Below, in pieces: positions 43,844-55,506 of a stretch of 64,000 bases of DNA. The notes under the pieces are model-generated. The model was not told the DNA's origin. It worked only from the letters and a program-made list of their open reading frames with translations, and searched no databases. Position numbers and translations under genes: made by a program. Source of the stretch: Gammaproteobacteria bacterium (GTDB lineage: Bacteria; Pseudomonadota; Gammaproteobacteria; SZUA-152); assembly GCA_011321815.1 (NCBI GenBank), contig DROS01000062.1:27420-91419 (forward strand), in the 5' to 3' direction. Within the stretch, counting starts at the first letter, position 1; each line of letters starts with the position of its first letter.

Positions 43844-44920
43844 TCATACCCGTGCCGCAGTGACTGCCAGTGATTTCTTTCGACGCCACCAGCGTCGTAA
43901 TCCGGCACGGGACAGGATAAACCTGTTGCCATTGCAAGCATAAAGCATGAGTTCGTCAATCTCGTTCCGGCGTAATGCGTTCAACAAAGGCGACATCCAT
44001 TCACGATTGACTGCCTGCACCTGTTGCACCCAGCCTGCCACTTCCCCGCTTTGCCAGCAACGCGATAAATCATCCAGCACCAGCAGATGCTCACCGGGTA
44101 AAGTGGCGGCATCTAACCACGCTGCCGCATTTTCTGGCAAAGCCTTGCCCGTGGTGTTTGAAAGTACAGCCAATCCCTGACCCACCGGTTCATTGCTCCA
44201 CACTTGATGCCATGGGCTGTCCGTATTGGCCGAAGGTATCTCTGGCGTTTCTCCGCCACCCCAAAACCACAGGCTGCTTACCGGGGGCTGCCCGGTGGCT
44301 TGTCTTTCCCGATTTACGACACTGGTATGCAAAACCATTTGCACTTCATTCATCAGGCGATGCCATTGTTTGCCATCTTCTCCCACGGGCAAATATTGAC
44401 CAATCGCCCGACCACGCACCTGCGTCAAGCGGTAAGTACGCAACCTCGGTGCATCGGATTGGTGTAAATACCAACGTGTGGGGCTCGCCGTTTCGATGCG
44501 CCAGCCATCCTGTGCAAACTGCTTGTTCAGGTCTGACACCAGCAAATCAGCCTCGGTTTGGGACAAGGACAAACTTTCCGGCCCCATCAACACCAGTTGA
44601 TCACGATCAGGAATCAGTTGCACCGGATCGGCCCGCAGGCACCAGCCCGTGGCTGGCTGTCCCGTATCTCCCGCATAACCAACGGCAGCGACAGGCAAAT
44701 CACTATCCGCTGGCAAAACAACATCAAAAAGTGCAAACAACACCGTGTCAAAATCAGCGCCTGAAAAAGCCTGTTTTTGCGCACGGGAAAAAAACCATTC
44801 CAATTCAGGCAAACGGCCTGCTTGTGCAAACGCGGACTCATGCTCAACAGAGGGTAAATCCAGCAGGCCCGGCAGTACCAATGTGCAACGGCGAGCCGGC
44901 ATATGTTGATCGTGCCCCAT
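43844..44920 (-). CDS. conserved hypothetical protein (358 aa)
   Basis: ORF with coding-like composition. No confident family. Confidence 0.4.
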   Translation of the reverse strand: MGHDQHMPARRCTLVLPGLLDLPSVEHESAFAQAGRLPELEWFFSRAQKQAFSGADFDTVLFALFDVVLPADSDLPVAAVGYAGDTGQPATGWCLRADPVQLIPDRDQLVLMGPESLSLSQTEADLLVSDLNKQFAQDGWRIETASPTRWYLHQSDAPRLRTYRLTQVRGRAIGQYLPVGEDGKQWHRLMNEVQMVLHTSVVNRERQATGQPPVSSLWFWGGGETPEIPSANTDSPWHQVWSNEPVGQGLAVLSNTTGKALPENAAAWLDAATLPGEHLLVLDDLSRCWQSGEVAGWVQQVQAVNREWMSPLLNALRRNEIDELMLYACNGNRFILSRAGLRRWWRRKKSLAVTAARV

Positions 44921-44925
44921 GAGGT

Positions 44926-45951
44926 TCAGGTAGTCTTCCGATGAAGAAACATCGCATCGCCATAACTGAAAAAACGGTACCGTTGCGCAATCGCATGCGC
45001 GTAAGCGGTCTTCACCTCATCAAAACCGGCAAAAGCACTTACCAGCATCAACAACGTGGACTCCGGCAAATGAAAATTGGTGATCAGCGCATCCACCACA
45101 CGAAATGTATAACCGGGAGTAATAAAAATATCCGTATCCCCCTGAAAAGGCATCAGATCCCCACCGCAGGCAGCACTCTCCAATGCGCGCACGCTGGTCG
45201 TACCTACCGCCACCACCCGGCCACCACGGGCGCGCGTCTGTTGCACTGCCGCCACCGTGTCCGCTGGCACGTCAATAGCCTCTTTGTGCATGTGATGCTC
45301 GGCAATATTATCCACACGCACGGGTTGAAATGTACCCGCCCCCACATGCAGCGTGACAAAAGCCGACTCAATTCCCTTCTTTGCCAATTCATCCAACAGA
45401 TTCTGATCAAAGTGCAGACCCGCCGTTGGTGCAGCAACCGCCCCCTGCCGCCGGGCAAACACCGTTTGGTAACGCTCACGGTCTTCAGGCTCATCGGCGC
45501 GCTCGATGTAGGGTGGTAATGGCATATGGCCATGGCGCTCCAGTAGCGTCGCCACGGGTTCTGTTCCTGCAAAGCACAGACAAAAAAGTGCGCCTTCACG
45601 CCCCGTTACCGTCGCCCGCATTTCATTTTCCAACAATAAACAGCTGCCCGGTTTAGGGGACTTACTGGCTCGCACATGGGCCAGTACACGATGCGCATCC
45701 AGCACCCGCTCCACCAGCACCTCCACTTTGCCACCGGTGTTTTTCTGGCCAAACAGGCGCGCCGGAATAACCCGGGTATTGTTCATAACCAGCAAATCAC
45801 CCGGCTGCAACAGCGCAGTAATTTGTGCAAAAAAAGTATCCTCCACCGTATCACCACGCAGCACCAGCAACCGGCTGGCTCTCCGTTTGGCGAGCGGACG
45901 CTGGGCGATCAGTTCAGGAGGCAGGTCAAAATGGAAATCACAACAACGCAT
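44926..45951 (-). CDS. queA: S-adenosylmethionine:tRNA ribosyltransferase-isomerase
   Basis: [31 protein letters not shown]… is colinear with E. coli QueA. Confidence 0.9.
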   Translation of the reverse strand: MRCCDFHFDLPPELIAQRPLAKRRASRLLVLRGDTVEDTFFAQITALLQPGDLLVMNNTRVIPARLFGQKNTGGKVEVLVERVLDAHRVLAHVRASKSPKPGSCLLLENEMRATVTGREGALFCLCFAGTEPVATLLERHGHMPLPPYIERADEPEDRERYQTVFARRQGAVAAPTAGLHFDQNLLDELAKKGIESAFVTLHVGAGTFQPVRVDNIAEHHMHKEAIDVPADTVAAVQQTRARGGRVVAVGTTSVRALESAACGGDLMPFQGDTDIFITPGYTFRVVDALITNFHLPESTLLMLVSAFAGFDEVKTAYAHAIAQRYRFFSYGDAMFLHRKTT

Positions 45952-46058
45952 GGCGCGGGAGTGTAACAAACTACCCTGTGTTAAATCTTCCCCCTTCTCA
46001 TCACTTGCCTGTGAAGCGCTAAACACATATCATGTGCGCCGTCTCAACAAGTGAGGAT

Positions 46059-46145
46059 GCCGGGGTGGCGGAACTGGTAGACGCGCCGGATTCAAAATCC
46101 GGTTCCTTCACGGGAGTGCCGGTTCGATTCCGGCCCTCGGTACCA
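46059..46145 (+). tRNA. tRNA-Leu (anticodon CAA)
   Basis: GCCGGGGTGGCGGAACTGGTAGACGCGCCGGATTCAAAATCCGG…GGTTCGATTCCGGCCCTCGGTACCA. Long variable arm. Anticodon loop UUCAAAA. Confidence 0.9.
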
Positions 46146-46352
46146 TTCTCTCTTGTTTTCGACTTGCCGCAACACGCGGCCATCCCCCCTATTCATTTGA
46201 TTTTAAAGGGTTTTTATTCTTTCTGTTTTCCAGAACAGGAGCAGCGCGCTGTTTTATCCCGGTCTTCAACATCCGGTTATTGGGAAAGGCGCTCGCCGTT
46301 GATGATGGAGCTGCTTTCTTTGCTGATTCTGTCTGTGTGCCCCTCCCCTGAC

Positions 46353-48113
46353 TTACTGGTTTTCATTCAGGCGCACTAATTGCCGTTCTAACATATCGAA
46401 CATTTTTTGTTCTCTGCTGTTATCCGCTGGTGCCCTGGCAAGCGTTTCCGCAAACGCATCGCGCTCAGGTTTTGTGCTGCGACGGGCCAACAAGTCCAGC
46501 ATACGCTCATAACCCATGGCGTTACCGGGGGAGTATGCTATCGCTTTTCCTGCAAAAACCTTTGCGTCCGGTAACAGCCCTCTACGTTCGAGAAGTGAAG
46601 ACAATTCCATCCATACTTTTAATTCGGGGTTATTCACCGATTGTCGCATGACCTGGTAATAATATTTTTCTTTTTTCAGCTTTTTTTCTTCTTTGGCCAG
46701 GAACAGATTACGATCTTTAGCCCATCCTGGACCGTAAGGAATGAGGTGGTTCAATCCCCATGTTCCTCCATATAAAATCAGAATAAGTCCTGCACTTAAT
46801 ACAACCCTCTTTTTTGACCGGTGTCGAAAGATACGCCACACACCATATGCGGCAATCGGAACCAACAGAACAACCAGGGTTAAACGATAACGCTCCCCAA
46901 CAAAAAACACCCATACTGATAACGCGTAAAACAATGAACCATAAACTATAAAAGCTATTCCTGGTTCTCGAAACCTTGAACGTAAATAATACACGCCAAA
47001 CCCCGACAAGATCAGCAGTAGCCCCGTATCAATAAAAGCAATAATTAAAGCAGGTCGTTCCCAACGCCACATATGATACTGTTCCGGCAACCCTTGGGAA
47101 TATTGCGCCACCAACAAGCCGGCTTTTCGCAACTGCAAAATGATGTATTCATATGGGTGCTCGACATAATAATCAAACGATTTCTTAAACCAGAACTGAC
47201 TGACCTCCCAACGATTCAGTGACCGCCCGGATTTTTCTTCCGCAAATTTTTGCGGCTCGGTACGATGGCCGATGATGTCATCCTGTATACCGTCAATAAC
47301 GGTATACCCTCCCCATGAGCCTGGTGAATTACCAACAAAAAAATTAAGTCCTACCGGGGAAAATACTTTTGGCTCAACCTCGGATGGATTCCAACCTGAA
47401 ATAACAAGTAAAAGAATAATGGCTGAAATACAGGCTGCTCCGATAAAACCCCGTTCTTTTTTGAAAGCGCTACGCCAGCCATGTAAAACAATCAATACAA
47501 TGAGAAGAATGATGAGCAGCAAAAGATTCTGCCTCTCTAACGCTGCCAGACCAAGCACAAACACAGCCAAAAAGGCCCACCAATAACGTGTCTCCTGGAA
47601 AAAACGAACGGCAAAATAACAGGCCATGGCCACTAAAAACAAAACCAGATTGGTCTTAACAGTAATTCCGGCAAAGAAAACAACAGGGCCAGTGAGGGTC
47701 AGCATTATGCCCGCAATCCAGCCAACCTGCTCACCAAACAAACGCCTGGCAGTCAATGCGCTGAAAACCGCAGCAAAACTTACCAGGAGTGCATTTACAA
47801 ACAAAGGCACAAAATAATCCGGGCCGAACCATTTATAAGCAATCGTTTGCAACCACACATACAAAGAAGGTGACATAAATTCACCAGTGATGCCGCCACT
47901 ACTATCAATAAATGCGGAAAACCATGCCTGATATATATAGATGTAGGCATCTGAACGGGGATATGGTGATAAAAGCCCTGTCCCCCACTCCGCCATGCCC
48001 AGGTGTATAAGATGGATGGTAAGCGCCAGCCCCAAGATAGCCACGGGCATTTGAATCGTTTTCCAACAGAAAGAAACCAAAAACAATTGCAGTTTTGTCA
48101 ACACTTTTTGCAC
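46353..48113 (-). CDS. GT39/GT83-type (ArnT/PMT-like) polytopic membrane glycosyltransferase with C-terminal TPR-like region
   Basis: More than 10 predicted TM helices. Periplasmic loops with conserved acidic residues. Soluble helical-repeat C-terminus. Confidence 0.6.
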   Translation of the reverse strand: MQKVLTKLQLFLVSFCWKTIQMPVAILGLALTIHLIHLGMAEWGTGLLSPYPRSDAYIYIYQAWFSAFIDSSGGITGEFMSPSLYVWLQTIAYKWFGPDYFVPLFVNALLVSFAAVFSALTARRLFGEQVGWIAGIMLTLTGPVVFFAGITVKTNLVLFLVAMACYFAVRFFQETRYWWAFLAVFVLGLAALERQNLLLLIILLIVLIVLHGWRSAFKKERGFIGAACISAIILLLVISGWNPSEVEPKVFSPVGLNFFVGNSPGSWGGYTVIDGIQDDIIGHRTEPQKFAEEKSGRSLNRWEVSQFWFKKSFDYYVEHPYEYIILQLRKAGLLVAQYSQGLPEQYHMWRWERPALIIAFIDTGLLLILSGFGVYYLRSRFREPGIAFIVYGSLFYALSVWVFFVGERYRLTLVVLLVPIAAYGVWRIFRHRSKKRVVLSAGLILILYGGTWGLNHLIPYGPGWAKDRNLFLAKEEKKLKKEKYYYQVMRQSVNNPELKVWMELSSLLERRGLLPDAKVFAGKAIAYSPGNAMGYERMLDLLARRSTKPERDAFAETLARAPADNSREQKMFDMLERQLVRLNENQ

Positions 48114-48121
48114 TGCCAGTA

Positions 48122-48859
48122 TCAGCTATATTTCAAACGGTATTTAACTAATGCCCAACAAGCCACGAAACCGTCTATCCAGCCGATTTTTTTACCTTCT
48201 GATTTGGTTCTGGCGTTATATTTTATAGGCACCTCTTGAAAGCGTACTGTATCTTTCAGCAAATGAGCGGTTAACTCAATGTCTATACCAAACCGGTTTT
48301 CAGTCAGGTAATCAACATCAATCAACTCACGCCGAAATAATTTATAACAGGTTTCAACGTCGGTAATTTTTTCCCCAAATAAAACACTTGCCAATAAACT
48401 TAAAAAACGATTTGCTATCCAGTTAAAGGGATGCCATCCATTTCCACCCCCCATGAATCTGGAACCATACACAACATCCATATTTTCCCCATCAATAAGG
48501 TCAAGCATTTGTTGCCAATCAGAGGGCTGATACTCATTATCAGCATCCTGAATCAGCACAAGCTCGCCACGGGCCCGTGCCAGACCAGTACGAATAGCCG
48601 CGCCTTTGCCACAGTTTTCGGCATGATCCACCAGTATGAAAGGATATTTTTTATTTAACGTCTGAAGAATATGATGTGAGCCGTCCGTGGAACTGTCATC
48701 AATAATGATGACCTCTTTTTGATAGCGCCCTGTCGGTGCTGTAAAAACGGTTTCAACAACCTGGGCAATCGAACTGTCCTCATTAAAAACCGGAATGATA
48801 ATGGATAACAAAGCACTAACCGTTGAAGGGGGAGGCTGCTGATCAACACCTGCATTCAT
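48122..48859 (-). CDS. family-2 glycosyltransferase (polyprenyl-phosphate sugar transferase, ArnC/DPM1-like)
   Basis: IIIPVFNE…IIIDDSSTDGS… DxD-type GT2 signature. Confidence 0.7.
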   Translation of the reverse strand: MNAGVDQQPPPSTVSALLSIIIPVFNEDSSIAQVVETVFTAPTGRYQKEVIIIDDSSTDGSHHILQTLNKKYPFILVDHAENCGKGAAIRTGLARARGELVLIQDADNEYQPSDWQQMLDLIDGENMDVVYGSRFMGGGNGWHPFNWIANRFLSLLASVLFGEKITDVETCYKLFRRELIDVDYLTENRFGIDIELTAHLLKDTVRFQEVPIKYNARTKSEGKKIGWIDGFVACWALVKYRLKYS

Positions 48860-49115
48860 AAAAACTACCTTTAAGCGAGAACGTTTCACCAGCATTTAAC
48901 ACCAGCCCATTATATATTCTACCCGTCCCTTATTGCCACATCACCCCAAGGGGATTCCGTCAGCGCGTATGGCAACACTACCCCGCCCCACAGGCGGCAA
49001 CCTTCGTTCCGAAACACGCTGCACCCTATCAATCCGCTGCAAACCTTGCTTGAAATTCATTCCCATCGCACATATTTCGGAAATTTACGTAAGACGTTCT
49101 CTGGAGAAAAGCGCT

Positions 49116-49583
49116 ATGGAACAAAACGGAAAAAATCCCGGTGTATTTACCGAGACCCGCAAACACTGGCCCGTAATGACTTTTTATGAACGCTTTGAGC
49201 AAGTGGTCGCCATCATCCTCAGCTTCGCCATTGCGGTGGTGGTGATCGTGGCGCTATGGGAGCTGGTATCACATATCGTCAGTTTGCTGCTGGCCGGGAC
49301 ACTGGACCCGCTGGAGCACAGTGGGTTTCAAAACATTTTTGGCATGATCATGACACTGCTTATCGCCATGGAGTTCAAACACTCCATTATCCGCGTCATC
49401 CACCGCCACGAAAGCATCATTCAGGTGAAAACCGTACTGCTCATCGCCATGCTCGCCCTGGCGCGCAAGTTCATAATTATCGACTCCGCCACTATTGATG
49501 CCGATAAGCTGGCGGCGCTGGCAGCCGTCCTTCTCGCTCTGGGTGTAGCCTATTGGCTGGTGCGCGAAGGTAAAAGCCATTAA
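49116..49583 (+). CDS. PsiE-like small inner-membrane protein (start at MEQNG, GGAG RBS)
   Basis: Four predicted TM helices. Topology and size like the phosphate-starvation-inducible protein PsiE. The N-terminal extension in the track lacks an RBS. Confidence 0.4.
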   Translation: MEQNGKNPGVFTETRKHWPVMTFYERFEQVVAIILSFAIAVVVIVALWELVSHIVSLLLAGTLDPLEHSGFQNIFGMIMTLLIAMEFKHSIIRVIHRHESIIQVKTVLLIAMLALARKFIIIDSATIDADKLAALAAVLLALGVAYWLVREGKSH

Positions 49584-49939
49584 CCCGTTAAAGTACCCCA
49601 CTGACCATAAATAACCATAGTATTAAGCAGGATACCCACAGCCATATCCACTATTTCATCATGGTATTTGGGTGGTGTTGACCCAGATTTACATATGCTT
49701 TACCCTGCTTCAGCCTGAAAGCTAACTGTTATCCGGCATTTTTCACATCATTGATACAATCAGATAAAGGGGAGTTGGCTATGACATTTGCTATTACGCT
49801 TTTTGTTATACTTATGGGTACTGCATTTGTAGGTATGTTTACCTCTTAATTGGCCATAACCAGCGGTTTTTCCACTGGGTAAATTGCCAAAAAAGGGCTG
49901 AGACAGCAGTATATTGCTTCAGCCCTTTTTTATTGCGTG

Positions 49940-52672
49940 TTATCTTAAACCCGGTGGTTCCCCGCAAGTTTGTAATAAATATTTTGCGGTAAAATCTACC
50001 TCGTGCTCGATTTCGCGCACCAAATCGGCAAAATTTTCTGCAAAACCATTTTTTCTGGCCCGGTCAACAAGCGCATCACACATTTCCGATAGCTTCCGGG
50101 CACCGAGATTGGCGCTACTCCCCTTTAATGAATGAGCAGAAAACTCAATGTTATCCACATCAAGATCTTGAATGGCGATGCGCAACTCATCGAGCCGCTT
50201 GTCAGCACCATCAATAAATAACAGGACAATCTCGGCATACTGTTCTTCTGAAAGCACCGAAGCCAGGTCATTCAACAATTTAAAATCAAAATGTGTGGAT
50301 AAATTTACATCATCATCGTGAGCGCCCGTGAAACTGTCGTCCGTGACGGCAGGGCTAACCTCACTCTCGGCACCGCCACTGTCGATTTTGAACCTGGAAA
50401 AAACGTCACGCAGTGCTTTTATGCGTATGGGCTTGACCAAAAAATCGTCCATCCCTGAAGACAAACAGGCCTCACGGCCTGTATCCAGCGCATTTGCAGT
50501 CAGTGCAATAATCGGCGTGCGTTCCAGATTTTTTTCATACTCCAGGTTTCGCATCTTCATCGTGGCTTCAAACCCATCCATGACCGGCATCTGACAATCC
50601 ATTAAAACCACGTGATATTTCTTCGACTGAAATAACAAAAATGCCTGTAAACCATCATCAGCAACATCAACGCTATAGCCTTGCTTTTGCAGCAGTGCCA
50701 CCGAAATCTGTTGGTTTATCGCATTGTCCTCAACTAAAAGTACTGTCGTAACATCATTCTGCATTGAAGGGTATTGACATGTATCACCTCTATCGCCGGC
50801 GCCCCCCCTGTCCCGCAATAATGAAAAAATCTCAAACAATGCCGCACGCCGAAGCGGACGGCTTATACTCTCATCAAGTTGAAAAGTCCTGACCTTGTCT
50901 GTGCTATTGCTGTCCGAGAGCCGGAAAAGCCCGATATATTTTTTGGCGGCAACGACTTTTTTTCGTAAATTACAGGCATCAGTGATATTGCAGTCCAGCA
51001 ATGCATCAATATCCAGTATGGCAAAATCAGCTGAAGGAACGTCCTGGCCGGCAAAAGCATCACTCGTACAATCACTAGACTTCACCACGGTACAGCCCCA
51101 ATATTGAACAAGACTGGTTATTGCCTCCCGAACAACAGCACTTGGCACAAAAATATAAACGCTTAAGCCATGAAAATATCCCTTTTCCCGATGATTTACC
51201 GCTCTTCCCGAAGGGGCAAGCTTAACGGTAAACCAAAATGTACTGCCAATTCCTTCTATAGAATCAACCCCCATTTGCCCATCAAATAATTTCACCATTT
51301 GTTGACAGATTGACAACCCCAGACCAGTCCCACCATATTTCCGGGTGGTGGATTCATCGGCCTGCGTAAAAGTATTAAATATTAATTTTTTAGCGGAATC
51401 AGAAATACCAACACCGGTATCACGTATGATAAATTTAAGAAATCCACCCTCCTCTGAGGAGTAATTTTTATCGCATTCCAAGCCAATAAATATTTCACCG
51501 TTATCAGTGAATTTCATGGCATTACCAATCAGGTTGTTTAAAATCTGCCGTAATCTGGTCGGGTCACCAAGCACGTAGTCAGGAACATCATTATCAATAT
51601 GACAAATAACCTCGACACCCTTGTCCTGTATTTTTTTGGCGTATAGACCGACCACTTCCTCAAGCAAATGCCGCACATCAAAGGGAATAGACTCAAATTC
51701 AATTTTCCCTGCTTCAATTTTCGAGAAATCCAATACATCATTGATTACGGACAACAACGCTTCTGCCGAATTATAAGCCGTATCAACAAAATATTTTTGC
51801 TCAGAAACCAAACGGGTATCACGCAATAAATCCAACATACCCAATACCCCGGTCATAGGCGTCCGAATCTCATGACTCATATTGGCAAGAAAAGTTGATT
51901 TTGCTTTTGTTGAATCCTCGGCCTGCGAATACGCCAACGATAATTCGGTATTTTTTGCACTTAATTCCTGGCTCTTCTTTTTTACGTTCTGTGTTACTGC
52001 CCGCGCAATAGCAACACCTACCACCAGCGTAAAAACGCCTAGCAAAAGCAGCATCAGCCAAATAAACTGATAGTCATTTCTATTGCTTTGTACAGCGGTA
52101 TCAGTATATTGCTGCTGCAAATCGATTAATCCATCCAAAGTATCAAGCAATATTTTTTGTGCCTCAAGGCCTTCAGTTACCGCAACAGAGATAACATTAT
52201 CCGGTGTTTCCTGCATCAACAGCTCAGCAACCTTGCGGTTCTTCAGCTGTGCCTCATTTGCCGCCATTTCCAGGTGTTTATAAATTTCCTGTTCTTTTTC
52301 ATTTGCACCCAACTTAACCAGCTCTTCCCTGCGACTGCGATAATCACCAGCATATGAATAAAAACGTAACAGTTCCGCGTCACGGGAAAAATAATCATCC
52401 ATTGCCAACATTGTGTAAATGCTGATCGCTCTTTGCAGAATGGCATCGCGCATGGCAAAAGCCAATGCAACCTTTTTATTATGTACATCAACAATAGCCT
52501 CCATATTGGAATTAAATTCGTTTAACCGATACAAGCTCACTGAGGTAACCAGCAAAACAAGAACCAATATGGCGCTAAACCCCATACCCACCACATTTGA
52601 CAAACGACTATATTCTGTACGTTTTTTTTGCTTCTGATGAAAACGTTGCCACGGCGCTCGCATTACCGCCAC
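49940..52672 (-). CDS. hybrid sensor histidine kinase (periplasmic sensor, HisKA, HATPase_c, REC, Hpt)
   Basis: H-box [12 protein letters not shown]-boxes. Receiver [12 protein letters not shown]…[13 protein letters not shown]-terminal Hpt [11 protein letters not shown]. Confidence 0.85.
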   Translation of the reverse strand: MAVMRAPWQRFHQKQKKRTEYSRLSNVVGMGFSAILVLVLLVTSVSLYRLNEFNSNMEAIVDVHNKKVALAFAMRDAILQRAISIYTMLAMDDYFSRDAELLRFYSYAGDYRSRREELVKLGANEKEQEIYKHLEMAANEAQLKNRKVAELLMQETPDNVISVAVTEGLEAQKILLDTLDGLIDLQQQYTDTAVQSNRNDYQFIWLMLLLLGVFTLVVGVAIARAVTQNVKKKSQELSAKNTELSLAYSQAEDSTKAKSTFLANMSHEIRTPMTGVLGMLDLLRDTRLVSEQKYFVDTAYNSAEALLSVINDVLDFSKIEAGKIEFESIPFDVRHLLEEVVGLYAKKIQDKGVEVICHIDNDVPDYVLGDPTRLRQILNNLIGNAMKFTDNGEIFIGLECDKNYSSEEGGFLKFIIRDTGVGISDSAKKLIFNTFTQADESTTRKYGGTGLGLSICQQMVKLFDGQMGVDSIEGIGSTFWFTVKLAPSGRAVNHREKGYFHGLSVYIFVPSAVVREAITSLVQYWGCTVVKSSDCTSDAFAGQDVPSADFAILDIDALLDCNITDACNLRKKVVAAKKYIGLFRLSDSNSTDKVRTFQLDESISRPLRRAALFEIFSLLRDRGGAGDRGDTCQYPSMQNDVTTVLLVEDNAINQQISVALLQKQGYSVDVADDGLQAFLLFQSKKYHVVLMDCQMPVMDGFEATMKMRNLEYEKNLERTPIIALTANALDTGREACLSSGMDDFLVKPIRIKALRDVFSRFKIDSGGAESEVSPAVTDDSFTGAHDDDVNLSTHFDFKLLNDLASVLSEEQYAEIVLLFIDGADKRLDELRIAIQDLDVDNIEFSAHSLKGSSANLGARKLSEMCDALVDRARKNGFAENFADLVREIEHEVDFTAKYLLQTCGEPPGLR

Positions 52673-52953
52673 CTCGAAGCGTAACTATCAGTTTTTAAAT
52701 AAACAGGCATGACACCGTGTTGGGATCGACCGCTGTTAGAATAACGGCACACCCCTGAAAAACAGGCCGACTTTAGTATTCTCTTATTATTCAAAGACAT
52801 ATAACCCACCATCAGTATCACTCTGTCAGTAAAATAGTGATTTTTTCGGGAAAACCCCTGAAGTTCCGATGCATTTTGCCGCTATTTTGCAGAGAAATCA
52901 TTACTTATGGATATCAATCTTCATGGGTTTCAGCACAGCTGGAAATTAAACAT

Positions 52954-54804
52954 ATGTGGAATAGGGTCAGGACGATTCCGCGACAACACCGCGTGCGTAA
53001 GATTAACGTCTTTGCAAAGGCATTAATGTGTGCCGCTTTTTTACTTCTTTCAACATTTAGTGTGGCAGCTGAAAACGCCACCATGCCAACAAAAACCGCC
53101 ACACCCATAAAAGATATACGAATTCTGATTGATATTTCAGGAAGTATGAAAAAAACGGATCCCAACAACCTTCGCCAACCTGCCGTCAAACTGTTTGCCA
53201 ACCTTTTACCAGAAAATATACTTTCCGGTGTGTGGACGTTCGGCAAGTGGGTCAACATGCTGGTTCCCCACGGTATGGCCGACTCAGCATGGAAAGCCAA
53301 TGTCCATACACAGGCACAAAATATCAATTCAACGGGTCTGTTTACCAATATTGAAGAAGCACTGCGGCGCGCAACCTGGGACTGGAAAGAATATGATCCC
53401 GCATATGAACGCTCGATGATTATTTTATCGGATGGAGTGGTCGATATATCAAAAAGCCCAGAAGAAAATAGAAACTCAAGATCAAGAATCCTAAAGGATA
53501 TACTGCCATCCCTCACCAATGCCAAAGTAACAATCCATACCATTGCCTTATCATCCTTATCCGATAAGGATTTATTACAACAGCTGTCCTTCGCCACTGG
53601 TGGTATATATGAAACCATTGAAACAACAACAGAATTGGATAAAACATTTATGCGCATATTTGATGTCGCAACACCACGGGATGAAATACCCCTTATTGAC
53701 AATCTGGTAAAAATTGATGAGAGCATCAAAGAAATAACATTTTTGATATTTCGTAAAGAAAAATCACCAAAAACCGTTATCATCGCCCCATCAGGCGGTA
53801 AATATACTAAAAACAGCGAAGGTGTTACCTGGCATTCTGAAAAACGATATGATTTGGTTACAATAAAAAACCCGGAAACAGGGACCTGGAGAATCAATGC
53901 AGACACTGACCCGGATAATCGGGTTATGGTGGTAACCGATTTACGGTTTATCACCAACCAGCTTCCTGACAACATCCTGTCAGGAGATAGAATCCCCTTT
54001 TATGCGCACCTGGAATCTGAACAGAAAATCATAAAACGCCGGGACTTTCTTCATTTTGTACGCATGTCCATCAGACACTTCAACGAAACAAAGAAAAAAA
54101 AACGCTCTGTTAAACTAAAAGATGATGGAATAGGCGTTGATGAATACAAAAGGGATGGGATTTATTCAGCAGAAATAAAAAAAACCAAAACCTTGGGAAA
54201 GCATACATTTGAGCTTCTCGTTAATGGAACCACATTTAAACGGAAAAATACAAAAATAATAAATATTGTTAAATATCCTGCAATTATCAACATAAACGAC
54301 ACGCCTGATGGTGATATCGCCATAAAAATTGTTCCTTACCAAGACCTGGTTGATACAGAATCATTACAAATTACCGCCATCCATCATCCACCTGTTAACG
54401 ATAGCGAAGAGTATCGCATTAAGAAAACAAATTTATCAGCGTGGAAAGCGACGATTCCAACAAATAATATTTCCGGAAACCACACAGTCACCATTGAGGT
54501 TATCGGCAAAAATAAAAGTGGTAAAACAATAAACTTCGTGACAGAGCCGGAAAGTATTTTTATTGGCGAAAAAAATCAGGGACATGAAAACAATAACCAC
54601 CATTCAGAAAAAAACCATGAAGAAAGTAATCACGAAGAATCTGACAATAAGGAAAATAAATCAACAACCTGGTTTGATGTAATTTTATCGATTGTTGGAT
54701 TTAACCTGGTTTTACTATTTTTCACATTTTCCTTATATAAACTATGGGGTAAGTATAAGCATAAATTGCTACCTCCACCTTTCGAGGAAATGATTAATGC
54801 CTAG
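52954..54804 (+). CDS. von Willebrand factor type A domain protein with signal peptide, His/Glu/Asn-rich linker and C-terminal membrane anchor
   Basis: VWA MIDAS-containing core IRILIDISGSMKKTD…VWTFGKW…IILSDGVVD. C-terminal TM WFDVILSIVGFNLVLLFFTF. Confidence 0.7.
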   Translation: MWNRVRTIPRQHRVRKINVFAKALMCAAFLLLSTFSVAAENATMPTKTATPIKDIRILIDISGSMKKTDPNNLRQPAVKLFANLLPENILSGVWTFGKWVNMLVPHGMADSAWKANVHTQAQNINSTGLFTNIEEALRRATWDWKEYDPAYERSMIILSDGVVDISKSPEENRNSRSRILKDILPSLTNAKVTIHTIALSSLSDKDLLQQLSFATGGIYETIETTTELDKTFMRIFDVATPRDEIPLIDNLVKIDESIKEITFLIFRKEKSPKTVIIAPSGGKYTKNSEGVTWHSEKRYDLVTIKNPETGTWRINADTDPDNRVMVVTDLRFITNQLPDNILSGDRIPFYAHLESEQKIIKRRDFLHFVRMSIRHFNETKKKKRSVKLKDDGIGVDEYKRDGIYSAEIKKTKTLGKHTFELLVNGTTFKRKNTKIINIVKYPAIININDTPDGDIAIKIVPYQDLVDTESLQITAIHHPPVNDSEEYRIKKTNLSAWKATIPTNNISGNHTVTIEVIGKNKSGKTINFVTEPESIFIGEKNQGHENNNHHSEKNHEESNHEESDNKENKSTTWFDVILSIVGFNLVLLFFTFSLYKLWGKYKHKLLPPPFEEMINA

Positions 54805-55495
54805 CCCTGGATTAAGTACAATAATGATTTTGGGTGAAATAGTTTTAATAGAAACCATTTTAATTATTTTATACCTGGTATATCTATACTTGAAATCAAA
54901 AAAGAAAATATTAAAACTTAACGCTCTTCTTGAATCCTTTCTGAAAGATGAGAAAAACAGACTGGATATTCTCTCCTCAATGTTTCATAAATCTGAACTT
55001 ATTGATGAGGAAAAATATACCGCTGCACTAAAAAGTATCATCGAAAAAGAAAACCTGTTTTATAAATACCTGATTACCGTTTTATATCACAACGACTTAA
55101 AATCACTGGATTCCCTTTCTTCAGAAGTTCAGGAAATAATCAAACCCTGTGTAGAATTGATCCCCATTAACAAAGAAATGGATGCAGAGGAAGCCGAAGA
55201 CTCTCCCGAGGTTAATGTGGATGATGTAATGGATGAATTATTATCCGATGATGAACCAAAAATTGAAAGTGATCCCGCACTCGATTTAAGTGAATCCGTC
55301 GACGATACACTCATTACAGAAAATGAACCATTAATTGAAACAACGCTGGAAACGGATGAAATTGCAGAAATTCCCAGTGATCTGTTAAACAGTGCTGATT
55401 TGCCAATTGAAAATGAAATAGAAGCAAAAGACAGCACCGAAGAAGACACGTTTGACGACAGCAATAAGCCCAGTGAAAGTCATCAGGAAAAATAA
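54797..55495 (+). CDS. hypothetical membrane-anchored protein with highly acidic C-terminal half
   Basis: N-terminal TM helix. D/E-rich tail. 8 nt overlap with the VWA gene. Confidence 0.45.
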   Translation: MPSPGLSTIMILGEIVLIETILIILYLVYLYLKSKKKILKLNALLESFLKDEKNRLDILSSMFHKSELIDEEKYTAALKSIIEKENLFYKYLITVLYHNDLKSLDSLSSEVQEIIKPCVELIPINKEMDAEEAEDSPEVNVDDVMDELLSDDEPKIESDPALDLSESVDDTLITENEPLIETTLETDEIAEIPSDLLNSADLPIENEIEAKDSTEEDTFDDSNKPSESHQEK

Positions 55496-55506
55496 CTGTG
55501 TAAATT

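Noticed and set aside
46032-46379. 115 aa plus-strand ORF
   Set aside because: It is the translation through tRNA-Leu(CAA) and its downstream spacer.
48933-49115. N-terminal 61 aa extension of the PsiE-like ORF, and similar long N-terminal extensions of ppiC, pgm, queA and the mono-heme cyt c
   Set aside because: The extensions lack RBS and homology support, and the internal Met is preceded by a Shine-Dalgarno. Starts were moved to the internal Met.
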